A program made the translations under genes and the position numbers. The notes beneath the pieces were generated by a model. The model was not told where the DNA came from. It saw only the letters and a list, made by a program, of their open reading frames with translations, and did no database searches. From Camelus dromedarius (taxonomy: Eukaryota), in contig NC_087437.1 of assembly GCF_036321535.1 (NCBI RefSeq), positions 42,534,001 to 42,598,000 of the forward strand: a DNA stretch of 64,000 nt, read 5' to 3'. Numbering within the stretch: the first letter of the stretch is position 1; each line of letters begins with the position of its first letter. Of the stretch, positions 1 through 11,767 are shown one piece after another.

Positions 1-440
1 TATGCTGGTCATTTTGGGGAAGCTCCTTAAAGGTCCATTGTCACCCTTCCCATATGAAGGCAAAATGATCTTGTGACTCAGTGGCCAGGGTTATACTGAA
101 AAAAGCATCTGCTAAGTCTGGTACAGCATGGCAGTGGCCAAGGTATCTAAGATGGTGGCAATGCTGAGCATAGCTGCATGGATGGGGGGGGCACTACCTT
201 GTTCAATTCTTGGTAGTCCCTGGTCACCCCTCCATGAGCCATCTGCCTTTTACACCTGCCATACTGGGCTGTTGAAAGCACTATGGGGAGGACATACAAT
301 ACCCACTCAGTGCAGTTCTTGGATAGTTTCTCCTATTTAATTTCTGTCCTTGGTAATTTATATTGTACGAGTTTCCACTCTAAGAGGGGGCAGTAGACTA
401 GCTGGTTCTTAGTTGGCATTTCCCCTCAGCACTGGCTTGA
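1..440 (-). pseudogene. pol: ERV pol, N-terminal reverse transcriptase (disrupted)
   Basis: Minus-strand pieces: IGETIQELH*VGIVCPPHSAFNSPVWQV*KADGSWR / VTRDYQELNKVVPP / IHAAMLSIATILDTLA / HAVPDLADAFFSITLATESQDHFAFIWEG*QWTFKELPQ. These are the RT motifs NSPVW, DY.ELN, DLA.AFFSI and FAF.WEG.QWTF..LPQ, with in-frame stops and frameshifts. Confidence 0.93.
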
Positions 441-780
441 TTACTCTACCTGAAGGTAGAATTCACTGATAGACGTTTTCAGAATTTGACCTTGTAGGTT
501 ACCAATGTCCAATATGTTCTCTGATATTGAAGAAATTAAAACCCTTGTATTCCAGTGCAGAGAACACCCAATTTGCAGTGCCAAAGGGATCTTTCTGACC
601 ATAACCATTTGTCCTCCATAACCATCAATGGCCACTTCTGAGGGTTACCATTATATTACATTTTGTTCCAGTGTCAACCAGAGCCATCATCTTTTGTTTA
701 TTTCTGAGGAACACTCAATCGGAGCTCAACATGAGGCCTTCCTTTGATCAGCACCAATGGCCCTCACCTGGAGGCAATCT
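441..780 (-). pseudogene. pro: ERV aspartic protease (disrupted)
   Basis: Reverse complement of 661-690 reads MMALVDTGTK (DTG active site). ORF 441-635 has GYGGQ...LQIG...VLISSISENILDIG, resembling the ERV-L protease flap/C-terminus. Confidence 0.88.
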
Positions 781-2212
781 TAGCTTGCATCTTATACCGG
801 GGTTGGGGTTAGTGGGGGGTGGTGGTGTGTGAATCCCTGAAGCTTCTGCTGGAGTAAGCAGGGCATCAGAGATAGTAGGGGCAGGTGAGGCAGGTTTGAA
901 CTGTTCGGGTTTAAGGCTTTCAACACACTGATCAACACAGTGTAGGGCTGCCTGCCTGTCTTTTAAGGGGAAGCCCCTGCAGCAACAAGTCCAAACCACA
1001 TTTGTTTCTAGGTTACTTTTACCAAACCCTTTACGGGTGATTGTAAAAGCTTTTTGGCTTCTTGAGTTCCCTGTCTTGAGTCTTTCCCACAACCCATACC
1101 TGTTCCCAGGATATGTCAGTTTCCCCCAGACCAGTGATGGATCGCCCAATATCATAAATGTCTCCTCCCATGACTGGGCTCAACATAGATACCAGTTTCC
1201 CATACTAGGTACTGGGGTGGATGGGAATATCTTGACTTTGATTCCTGCAGTGAATGTGGCCCAATCAAGACCTTCAAAGACAGGGTTGTAGATGGCTTGT
1301 CTCAAATCCCTGAGAATTTGTTGTACCTCCTCTATAGATTTCTAGGGTCCCACATGCCTAGGGAGATCCCTTTCATTGGACCAAACCTCCCTGCAGACTA
1401 CAATAGTCCAAGGAATGAATTCCTTGAACTAGCACCTTGCCAGCGCTGCTGGAGGGCAGGGTCTGTTGTGATGTTGCTCATTTTCTCTTCCTCCTGCCCA
1501 GAGAAATGCCATTGTCCCCTGTATATAACAGAGCCCCACTAACCATTCCTGGATAGTTTCCCTGGCCTTTTGGTAGAACTTGGTAGCTATTCCAATAAAC
1601 TCAGTGGGAGAATACTCTCCCATCATTTCCCAAACTGGGGACTGCTGGCTGGTCGTGTTGCTGTGGTTTCAGCTTCCTTTGTTTTAGGGGTTGGACAGCA
1701 CGAGGCGTTCTGTCCGTTTCACTGTCAATCGCCACAAAATCCTCCTTTTGCACTCCTCACTTTCTCAGAGATTCTACCTCTGGTGTCCCAATCAGGCTCT
1801 GTTTGTTATTAGTGCTCAGACTTCCTAGCTTCAGAGAACTGCGTGTTAAGGTCTCCAAATTACTATCTGGCTCATCCACCTTGTCTGCCAGCCCAGAAGC
1901 TAGCAGAGCAGTGGACACTTCACATCCTTTTCTATCCTCATCTATTCTTCCAACTTTCTAACCTGAGCTTCAGCCTCTAGCTGGTCATCGGTGGCCAGCC
2001 CACGGCAGCAGCGTTCATTTCCCTTCTTTACTGCAGTGCGCTTTGCGCAGTTCATCAAATGCGTGAAAGCAGCTGGCTTTTTCCCGGAGTCCTGGTACTT
2101 GGCGGTGCACAAACATCTAACATACAGGCCTCCCTTCCCCACATAGAGATAAATGACCATCTCCGACCCCCCCCCCCCCCCACGCACCCCATGCCTCTTT
2201 CCCAAGGCCCAT
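781..2212 (-). pseudogene. gag: ERV-L/HERV-S-like gag (disrupted)
   Basis: Fragments AAVGWP, LEAEAQVRKLEE, EYSPTEFIGIATKFYQKARETIQEWLVGL, EEKMSNITTDPALQQR, CREVWSNERDLP, SIEEVQQILRDLRQAIYNPVFEGLDWATFTAGIK resemble class III Gag. There are many frameshifts and the ends are approximate. Confidence 0.82.
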
Positions 2213-2221
2213 TTCTTCCGA

Positions 2222-2239
2222 CCCCTGGCTGACTCACCA
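2222..2239 (-). promoter_or_regulatory. Retroviral primer-binding site complementary to the tRNA-Arg(ACG) 3' end
   Basis: Minus strand TGGTGAGTCAGCCAGGGG, 2 nt after the LTR-terminal CA. It matches TGGCGAGCCAGCCAGGAG (complement of the tRNA-Arg-ACG 3' end) at 15/18, and the match continues with TCG. Confidence 0.8.
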
Positions 2240-2241
2240 AT

Positions 2242-2652
2242 TGTTGGTTCACAACCTCAAATTTCCCCTGTGATATTTGAAACTGGCCCCCATACACGGA
2301 GGGCAGAGAGAGACCGAAAAAAAAGAGGAGATCACTGCAGGTTGGCAGGTAGCGAGTTTAACGAGCAAGGAAGCTTACAAAGGAGGCTTGCTTTGGCGGC
2401 TGCACAACGAGATCTCCGTCCCTGCCCGCCAAATTCTCAGTTCTTACAGAGGCCTTACCTGGGTTCAGTCACGTACACTGTCCAGATGGTCTCAACACCA
2501 CACCGCTCTCTCAAGCCTGCGTCCTTGAAAACGGCTAGGGAACAGTGGGCAGAGCGCACAATCCAAGAACAGGGAAGGGTGAGGAGCTTCCCTTGCCCGG
2601 GTCCAGCCCACAGGTCAGCCCGCAGGCGCATCCTCTCCGTGATCCGCCCACA
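2242..2652 (-). mobile_element. 5' LTR of the provirus (ERVL class, MER54/MER74-like)
   Basis: Minus strand starts TGTGGGCGG and ends AACCAACA directly before the PBS; 411 bp. Family is assigned from recalled similarity only. Confidence 0.8.
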
Positions 2653-2914
2653 TCCGGTGCAAGGAACTGGGCATGCTCCGCAGACATGCGCAGTCTCGGG
2701 GCGCCGCTCACGAGCAGGTCGCGGGAGGCGCAGGTGCAAGTGCTTGTGAGGCGCAGGTGCAAGTGCTTGTGAGGTGCAAGTGTGTACGTGGTCTGGAGCC
2801 TCACAGTCTTCGGCTTCCGCTCTCTTCCTCTAATTCGTCTTCCCACATCCTCTTGGTGAGGACAGAAAGAAGAGTAGGGCCTTAGAGGAGACCTTCTAAA
2901 GGTCCTTGGTAAGT
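2653..2914 (+). promoter_or_regulatory. CpG-rich promoter / putative non-coding first exon
   Basis: About 15 CpG in ~190 bp (hand count), an NRF1-like ACATGCGCAG, an ETS-like CTTCCGC and a pyrimidine-rich initiator-like tract. Splice donors TTG|GTGAGG (2856) and TTG|GTAAGT (2909). Confidence 0.6.
2725..2785 (+). repeat. 23-bp tandem duplication plus a degenerate third copy
   Basis: GAGGCGCAGGTGCAAGTGCTTGT exactly at 2725-2747 and 2748-2770, then GAGGTGCAAGTGTGT. Confidence 0.95.
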
Positions 2915-3389
2915 CGCCTGGCTGTTTCAGCTTTTCTTCTTTATTTTGCTTAATAACTGTTACAGACTGTACGTGGAGTGTCACAGACGACACTTAACAT
3001 AAGAATACGTCCAGAAGTGAGAATAGCAGACTTGTCTGTTTATTCTTTTTGAGGAAATTCTGAAATTAAAAGCTAAGGTAACTAAAAGCTAAGGTAGTTA
3101 AAAGCTGGAGGTGGTTTAGATTTCCAGAGATTAGGACGAGTTCTAGGACCATGAACAGGTTGCTGAGGGAATTGCAAGAGGGTTAATGCCAGGAATTAGG
3201 CACCTTAAAAGTCAGAATAGCTGATAAAAGTTTATTTATTTAGAGACTTGGAGAAGGTAAGGGTCTGAGTAAATTATTTGTGGATGGGGTGAAAGATGCT
3301 TATATTTGAGCAATGTTTGTAGTGATTCAGTTCACCACTTTCTGCTAAATCAAGTTATATTCTTTTGGGGGAGGCAGTTTCTATTTAAA

Positions 3390-5350
3390 AATTTTCCAGC
3401 TTTTTTGAGATATAAAAGACAAAAATTGTATATATTTAAGGTGTACAACTTGATAATGTGATATACATACACATTATGAAATAATCACCAAAATCAAGTT
3501 AGTTAACATACCCGTCATCTTGCATAGTTACCATTTTCTTTTTGTGGTGAGAGCACTTAAGATCCACTCTCTCAGCAAATTTCAAGTATTCAACAGAGAA
3601 TTATTAACTATAGTCGCATTGTTGTACATTAGATCTCCAAAGCTCATTCATTATGTATAACTGAAACTTTGTACCCTCTGACCAACACTTCCCCATTCCC
3701 CACTTCCCCCTACCCCTGGTAACCACCATTTATACTCTTTGCTTCTGTGAGTTTGCTGAGTATTTGACATTCTGCATATAAGTGAGATCATACAGTATTT
3801 GTGTTTCTGTGTCTGGCTTATCTCACTTAACATCATGTCCCCCAGGTTCATTCCATGTTGTTGCAAATGGCAGGATTTCTTTTATGTGGCTAAGTAATAT
3901 TCCACTGTATGGAGTTTATGCTACATTTTCTTTTTTTCTTTCTTTTTTTTTCTTTTTTCTGCATTTTCACTTTATTTCTTTAAATTGAAGTATAGTCAGT
4001 TTACAATATTGTCTCAATTTCTGGTGTACAGCATAATAGTTCAGTCATACATATACATACATATATTCTTTTTCTTCATAGATTACTATAAGATACTGAA
4101 TATAAATGGACACTTAGGTTGTTTCCACATTTTGGTTATTGTGATAATGTTGTAATGAACAAGAGAATGCAGGTTTGTTTTTTTTTTTTTGAGATACTTA
4201 TTTCATTTATTTGGATATATACCCAGTAGTGGACTTGCTGGATCATATGGTAGCTCTATTTTTAATTTTTTGAGGAAACTTCATACCATTTTCCATAACG
4301 GCTACATCAATTTACATCCCTGACACTACTTCAAAGATTTTCTTTTTTTCCCATATGCTCACCAATTCCTATTGTTTCTGATAATGACCATTCTAACAGA
4401 TTTGTGGTTTTGATTTGCATTTCTCTGGTGATTAGTGAAGTTGAGCATCTTTTTATATACCTGTTGGTCATATGTATGTCTTCTTTTGAGTAATGTCTGT
4501 TCTGGTCCTTTGTCCATTTTTAAATTGGGTTATTTGGTTTTTTTTGCTATTACACTGTATGAATTCCTAATATGTTATAGATATTAACCCCTTATCAGAT
4601 ATATGGCTTACAAATATTTCCTTCCAAGAAAAGTTGCGTTTTCACTCTGTTGATTGTTTTCTTTGCTGTGCAGAAGCCTTTTAGTTTAATGCAATTCCAT
4701 TTACTTATTTTTGCTTGCTTGTGCTTTTGGTGTTGTATCCAAAAAATTATTGCTCAGGCCACTGTCAAAAATTTTTTCCCTGTTTTCTTCTAGGAGTTTT
4801 ATGGTTTCATGTCTTTCTTTTAAGTCTTTAATACATTTTAAGTTGACTTTTATGTGGTGTAAGGTAAAGATCTAATTTCACTTTTTTGCACAAGGATATC
4901 TTGTTTTCCCAGCACCGTATATTAAGGAGAGTATCCTTCCTCCATTGGATGTTCTTGCCATCCTTGTTGATGATCAGCTGACTGTAGGTTTATTTCTGAA
5001 CTCTCTATTCTATTCCATTGGTCTCCATGTGTGTTTTTCTGCCAGAACTATACGCTTTTGATTACTGTAGCTTTGCAATACATTTTGAAATGGGGAAGTG
5101 TGATGCCTCTAGCTTTGTTTTCTTGCTCAAGATGCTTTGGCTATTAGGGATCTTCTATGGTTCCATATGAATTTTAGGATTTTTTTTTTTCTGTAGAAAA
5201 TGAGATTGGGATTTCAACAGGGATTGCATTGATTCTGGGAATCACTTTGGGTTATGTGGACAATTTTAACAATGTTAATTCCTCCAATCTAGTAACATGG
5301 GATATCTTTCAGCTTATCTGTGTTCTCTTTAATTTCCTTTATCACTGTTT
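3390..5350 (-). mobile_element. LINE-1 3' portion (L1MA/L1MB-like) with a younger L1 3'-end piece inserted at ~3930-4105
   Basis: ORF 3651-3866 (MLSEISQTQKHKYCMISLI) is the L1 ORF2 C-terminus. Typical antisense L1 3'UTR/ORF2 sequence. The nested piece begins TTAAATTGAAGTATAGTCAGTTTACAA. Confidence 0.9.
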
Positions 5351-6270
5351 TACCAAGTTCAAATTCTTTAACCTAGATTTTAAGATCCTCTGTGGTTTGG
5401 TCTTTAAAGATCTCTCTAGCTTAATTTCCTACTTTTCTCTAATTCACTGTCTATGCTTTGACTAAACTGAACTGTCCCCTGAATACCTTTTCTCAGCTGA
5501 ATGCTTTTTCTTATGGTAGAGGAACACCTCTGTGAGGAAGCCTTTCTCCACCCTCATCCACATTTTCCTATTTAAATCCAATCTATCCTTCATGCTCCAT
5601 TCTTCTGCCTCCATGAAATCCTAATTTATCCCCAGCAAGAAGCCATCTCCCTTTCTTTTGAAAATTTATTGCACCTAATTTGAATCTCTTTCAAGCTTGT
5701 GTGACAAGTTTCTTTTTATGTCCTCTTCATAATGAACCATAGGCATACAAAAAATGGGGACCATATCCTGACCATTTTTGTATCCCTTACAGTGTCTTGC
5801 ATATAGTAAAAGCTCAAGAAATATTTGGTCAATGAAGGCATACTGTCAGAATTTGAAATTGGGGATTTTGGATATTTTTGGCTATTATCTTAAATTCTCA
5901 ATTGTTTCAGTTCATCTAAAACTGATTCTCATCTTATGGTGTCTTTCTTCCATCAGTTCCTTTCCACCTAGGCTGCTTGGAGCTAAATCTGATCATTTCT
6001 TCCTGTCACCTCCATGTCTAGTCAGTTTCTAGATCTTATTAATTTTCCATTTAATGGGATATGTCTTTGTCTAGACTCTAATTATCTGATGTTTTCCAGC
6101 AGTATTCTTGACTGTAGACTTTCCCTCTCTATAGTTTCCTTTCCCACCATCTGACAAAGCCAGACTTCTAACAAGTAATAGTAGCTAATATTTATTGAGC
6201 ACTTTAGAAGGACCAGACATTGCATTTACATACTGTCTCATTTAATTTTCCCAAGAAACCTATGAGATAG

Positions 6271-6659
6271 TGTTATGGATTGAATATTTGTGTCCCCTCA
6301 AAATTCATATGTTGAAGTCCTATCCCTAAGGTGACTTTATTTGGAGACAGTGCCTTTAAGTCGGTAATTAAGGTTAAATGAAGTCTGAAGGTTGGAGCCT
6401 TGATATGGTAGCATTAATGTCCATACGAGAAGAGACATTAGACAGCTTGCTCACTCTCTCCATGCACACGCACTGGGGAAAGGGCAGTGTGGAGACAACC
6501 GTGAGAATGTGGCCATCTGCAAGCCCGAAAAAGAGCCCTCCCTAAAACTGATTATGCTAGCAACTTAATCTTGGACTTGCAGCCTCCAGAACTGTGAGAA
6601 AACTATTGTTCAAGCCACCCAGTCTGTGTTTATTATGGCAGCCTGAACAGACTAACACA
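6271..6659 (+). mobile_element. MaLR solo LTR (MLT1A/B-like) inserted in a MIR
   Basis: TGTTATGGATTGAAT...GACTAACACA termini and a 5-bp TSD GATAG/GGTAG. MIR-like sequence on both flanks (~6180-6270, ~6665-6810). Confidence 0.85.
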
Positions 6660-6834
6660 GGTAGATTATAATACTATTCCATTTTATGAATGAGGATAAT
6701 GAGGCTTAAAGTATTCAAATGACTTGCTCACAGCTTGTAGATTGTAAAGTTAGGATTTTAATCCAACTCTCCCCATTTCCAGATCTCTGTTCTTAACTAC
6801 TACACTATATTCCTCGTACTTTAATATTTTTCAA

Positions 6835-7045
6835 AGGTGTGCTAGACAGCTGGCTTTCTGGGGGGTGAAAAAAGCCTGATTTATAGTGCTTGGCAATTTC
6901 TGTGGTGTAAAAACTCCCATATTTCAAGCTACCAATGGTTTAACAACCAGTTCACTTTTCAGGCTATCAGTGGTTTAGCAACTAGTTCTGAATTTTTAAT
7001 AATTGGCTCCTACAGGCCTGTATACCCTGCCTCTAGCCCACCATT
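6835..7045 (-). mobile_element. hAT DNA transposon fossil (MER63-like)
   Basis: GGCAATTTCTGTGGTGTAAAAACTCCCAT...TTCAAGCTACCAATGGTTTAACAACC resembles antisense MER63. Confidence 0.65.
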
Positions 7046-9654
7046 GGTTGCTTCCTTGCTCAAGACCCTGTAAACATTAAAACTCCACGAAGGCAGGAAC
7101 AATGCTTCTCTTTTTAATTAGTGCAGTAGGTTTTCCATAGGCATTTGTTGAATATTACCTACTTAGAAGATTTCATGTTTATTGTTTCAATTAACTAATG
7201 GTCTGTGGTGTAGGTATTATTATTATCATTTTAGATTAGAAAAATGAGGTATAGTAGAATAAGTAACTTGACGTCTTTCGATTCCCATCCTGGGGCAAGG
7301 ATTTTGTCTCCACTATGTTTTCCACAAAAGCTGAGTTTTAAGTAAAAGCTCATTAAATACTTGATAGATGATTTCTTGTATCATCCTAAGACTTGTGACT
7401 CCCAAATCTGTGAAATGACAACAATTCTTGGAAGAATGGTTAAATCTTGTTTTACATTGATGATCTGCATACACACACATACCTGGAGCAGACTAATAGT
7501 GGTTTTTGTAACTCCACCAGGAAATACTAAATCTAGAAACAGATTTATTTTTGGCGGTACTCTGAGGGTTAAGAATGTACTTTTCAGTGCCTCAAAGGAG
7601 CCAAATCCAGTGGGTGGGCAACCTCCTTTTGAGGAGAAAATAAAGGATATTGTTCATGGGAACAACATTTAGTCCTTCTCTGCAGATTTGTCTGGCATCC
7701 TCTCACTCAACCTGAGACAGATTTTGAAGTCAGACATGGGGGATCTGGTGCAAAGACATTCAAGCCTGGTTAATTTATAAACCTGCATTAAAGTATGTAT
7801 CTTATGGACCCAGAACCAGGGCTGGAAGAGGAAGTACTAGGCCTCAAAAACCAGCTACATGAGGAAGAGCTCAGATCGAAGGACTATATGCTGTGAGTGG
7901 GAAGTCTGATGCAGGAGGTGTATTATATTTGTGTACATCTGTATTATATTTGCAATACATGTCAGCTGTCTTGAATCTACCTAATAAATGGAAGTTTATT
8001 AAAAGGCTCAAGGATAAAGTAGGGAAGACATACTAATATCTCAAATCCAACCATAATGTCTTCTTAATATCTTTACGTGAAGTAGAAAAAGGTACCCCTT
8101 CCTCAAGACACTTTACTGATATTTGTCTGGAAATTTGCATAATGAATGAGAAACATGAATGTCAGTTGCCTCTTAGAGTAGTGAAATGCGTAATCTATAC
8201 ATCCACAAGTTCTGCTAACACAGGGATTATATAAAATGTGTAAAAAATATGATGCTGTGGAGGACAAAGGAGTGATTGGGAAGGATACTAATTTAGTCAA
8301 ATTAGGAAAGGCTTCTTATCCAGAATCTATAATAAGATGTGACATTTATATAATCTCCTTCATATTCTGAGTGGCATGAAAAAGTTAAAATCTAATTAAC
8401 ATTTAATGCACTAATCTGAAGATTATTCCATCAGTTTTAAATGGATCAAAGTGAAGTGGGGAGGGCAAACACCTGGCCTAGGCTGTTGAGTGGGTGGCAC
8501 AGGTAAGATTTAAATAGAACTTTCTTCAGTTCTCTGTTGGAAGGATGAGTTTTTTTCCTTGTTTTTCCCTAGTCATCTTTGTGAGATTTAAAGCAAAGCT
8601 TCAATACAAGTGGAACGTGGCAAAGATTAAAAATACAGACATATATGAAGAAAGTTTAGATAAATTCATAGATGACAGACCCATGATGGTAACCAAAGGA
8701 GATATGAATGCCTGAGGAGCATTCCTAACTATTGCACAGAGTAGCATCACCAAGAATGGCTCCTGAGGGGGACCACTGATATAGTTGGTAAACTAGGTCA
8801 GGGGTTGGGGTATCTGTTTCCTATCACCATGGGTCACCCTAAGTTTCTTATTAATGCTTTCCCACTGCCTTCCTCCTTTCCTTCCTTCCTTATTTTCATT
8901 ATCTATTTAAAAATCTCCTGAAGACACTGCCAAAGAACAGAACTGGGGCTATATTTCCAACTACCACAGAACCACAGAATCTTCAGTAGAAAGCTCTTTT
9001 CCTGTCTACTTTTTGGAACATCTGTGATAATCCTTGCTCCTACAGTTGGGGTCTTCTTATTGGATAGTAAAAGTAGAAAGGCTAGGCCTACTGAAACCCC
9101 TGTTTCAATTTTAACTTCCAAATTTTTTCTTCCTTCACTGATTGATGACTTTATTGATTGAGTCATTCATTTACCAGAAGTAGCAAATAGTTTTGTGTGT
9201 AAAATATTTGACTGGAGTCTATAAAGATGAATGAATCATGGTTAGCAGACTAAAAGAGTTATATACTGATAATGATGATGAAACTAACAACAGGCTAATG
9301 GAAATAACAACAATAACAGCGTATACTGAGGGCTTACTATGTCTCAGGTACTAAACTAATTCCATTACATACAGATACTAATCCTACTCACAATGATTTT
9401 GTGAAATAGTTATTATCTTTTTTTGTAGATCCAGAAACTGGAGCATATGGAGGAGCTATGACTCTCATTACAAAGCTACAGAGGAAGGGGATAAGGCATT
9501 AAAACTATAAAAGAAGAAAGAAAGTAAGGAGGTCAACCAGAAACTGGCAACAAGAGAGATGAGTTCAGGCTTCAAAATGATGTCTAAACTGGGTCTTGAA
9601 TGATGGGCAGAGAATGGTAGGCAGAAAATGAATATTCGAGGTGGAGATAATGTC

Positions 9655-10095
9655 ATAGATATTTGTTGCTTTTCATTGCCCAACCACTATTATTTATTCT
9701 TTTGGTACTAACACTCTAATTTACTTTTGGAGAATTCTCTTCTCTCATTGGCTAACGTTTGTAAAATTATCTATCAAGTGCTCTGATGGCCTTTAATCAA
9801 AGCCAAGTCAATTTGATGCTCTTTGAAACCGGAATCTGAGCAAAGTGGCAAAAAAAATCCCAAATAATAAAAAAAACCTAAAAAGTCTAGGGCTCAGCTA
9901 TTCACTTTGGCTGTGCCCTAAAGAGACTGTCCAATAGTTCCTTCTCCTGAGCATCCCCCTGAACAACCCTGTTTCCTGTCCTTTCTGTGCCTTGCTCTTC
10001 AGGTTCTGTGAACTTCAACACATCCTTCCAGCACATCCCCTTGTTCCTAAGGTAGTCAAAGTCAGTTTTTGTGGCTTGCAACAAAGAACTCAAAG
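9655..10095 (+). mobile_element. Old MaLR LTR (MLT1K/L-like)
   Basis: 3' end GTCAGTTTTTGTGGCTTGCAACAAAGAACTC is typical of old MLT1 LTRs; degraded. Confidence 0.55.
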
Positions 10096-11767
10096 TGACA
10101 AGAATAAAGGCATGTGGGGGTGGGGCACTGCAGAGTGTCAGACAGTCCAGACCATCCGCAGTGCAGAATGCACGAAAGAGAGAAGTGAGAGGTACATCAG
10201 AAAGAATTGGAGCCTGGTTGTATGAGGTTGAATGCAAGGTTAAGGAGATTAAGCTTCACTTGGTGAAAAATGGAGAACTATTGGAGCATTTAAGGTGGGG
10301 TAGTATAATTGTATCTCTCCTTCAAGATTAATATGACAGCAGTGTGCTTATGCAAATTGGACAATGTGGATATTGGAGGCAGGTTGACTAGTTTGGAAGT
10401 CTTGCAATGGTCCAGGTAGGGTGGTAGGGTGTCATGAAGGCCTGGACTTATGATGTAGAGGTGGCAATGAAAAGGTGTGCATGTGTGAAAGAGCTCCTTG
10501 TTCTCCTGGACAAGAGCCAAGATGAGAGAATGCTGATTTGTAACAGAGTTGGTGGGGAGCACATCCCATAGGCATGTAGAGCTGATGAATTCTGCTGCAT
10601 TGCACCTTAAGCACCCTAGAGAGAGAGGTTGGGCTCGTAAAGAGAAATGCAGAAACTCAGTCTGGAGAGCAAGTTAGTTGGATTTGGACCAAATTAATAC
10701 CTTGAGTTGTTGATGTTGAAGCTTTGACCATCCCCTTGACAAATAATTTTTGATTGGGGCAGCAGGCAAGAAAAGTTCCCATTTGGAAGATTTGGTGTTT
10801 CTGTGGTTTCTTCTCTTAAAAAATTAAAATACAAGCCCCATTTTTTTTTAGTGTTTCATAAAAAGTTGCAAAAGGGAAAACATTATTGAGCAATAAAAGG
10901 TGTGTTTATGTGTATTCATAAGAAGTGGGCTAGAGGCCAACTCCCATAAACGTATTCAACTTGAACCTCGGTACTGAACAATTACAAGAACCCTGGAGGT
11001 TCCTGTTTCACTCAGAGGATGTAATAGAGGCAGCCTTTGCAGCCCTTCCAGGCTAATCAACTTGATAAAGACTGAATTGGGGAGCCTGCCCCTATAAGTG
11101 TTGAAAGTAAGCAAAATTGTGATCTTAGCAAAGATTGTCTTAGAGCCCAGTTCTCTCAATTTCCCCCCCTGGCTTGGAAAATACTTGTGTCTCCATGCAT
11201 CCTCTGTGTTTCCAGCCAGTACCATTGGCTCTGAGTCTATCTCGATTGGCAATATCCACTGCTTATTAGGTTTAGTGACACCACTTTCAAGTGACATTTT
11301 TATTGTGCAGGCACTGTAGCAAGTGATTTCCATTGTGAAAACTAGACCCCTGATATCCATAGACATAAAATTTCCTTACAGAAAGCAAGGAATGGCACCC
11401 TATTCAACTGGCTGTGATATTACTTTACCTATTTTCCTGGCCCAGTGGGGAAGTGGAAAAGACATTTTGGGGGAAGTAAGTTGGGGAACCTCATCCTTCC
11501 CCCTGAAATAACACTGCAGAAGCAACTGTTCAATTCCTATAGGAGTGGGGCTAGCTCTGCCTTCCACAATCGGTATTACCAGAAACATACAAGGGCCTCA
11601 GAGGCCAAAGATTTTGCCTTATGGGCACTTGACTCCTTAGTCCCTGTCACTTAGAAACTTTCTGGTCAAACAGGGTTGAAGGCCCTCTTAAAGGCAGAAA
11701 CTCTCAGGAAGAAAATGCCTCCATATTAAGCTTTCCTTCCTTTTGTGTAAGTCTTATGTAGTTGAAT

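Larger units (their letters stand above)
1..2652 (-). mobile_element. Decayed class III (ERV-L/HERV-S-like) endogenous retrovirus, 5' half (LTR-PBS-gag-pro-pol), truncated by the window edge
   Basis: Minus-strand order is LTR (TG..CA), PBS, gag-like, protease and RT fragments. Manual translation gives class III-type motifs interrupted by stops and frameshifts. Confidence 0.93.

Noticed and set aside
1..2212. Domesticated gag (Fv1-like) or an intact retrovirus
   Set aside because: Multiple stops and frameshifts in gag, pro and RT; no long intact frame.
2153..2749. 198-aa plus-strand ORF and overlapping ORFs
   Set aside because: They lie antisense across a GC-rich LTR where stops are rare. 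The sequence is R/P-rich with no recognisable domain.
2725..2785. CRISPR-like repeat
   Set aside because: Direct tandem copies without spacers, in a mammalian context with no cas genes.
3066..3110. Short tandem repeat AAAAGCTAAGGTA(A/G)
   Set aside because: A 16-bp slippage duplication of about 2.5 copies with no sign of function.
10956..11654. Cluster of 60-136 aa ORFs on both strands
   Set aside because: No recognisable homology or convincing splice structure; consistent with chance ORFs.
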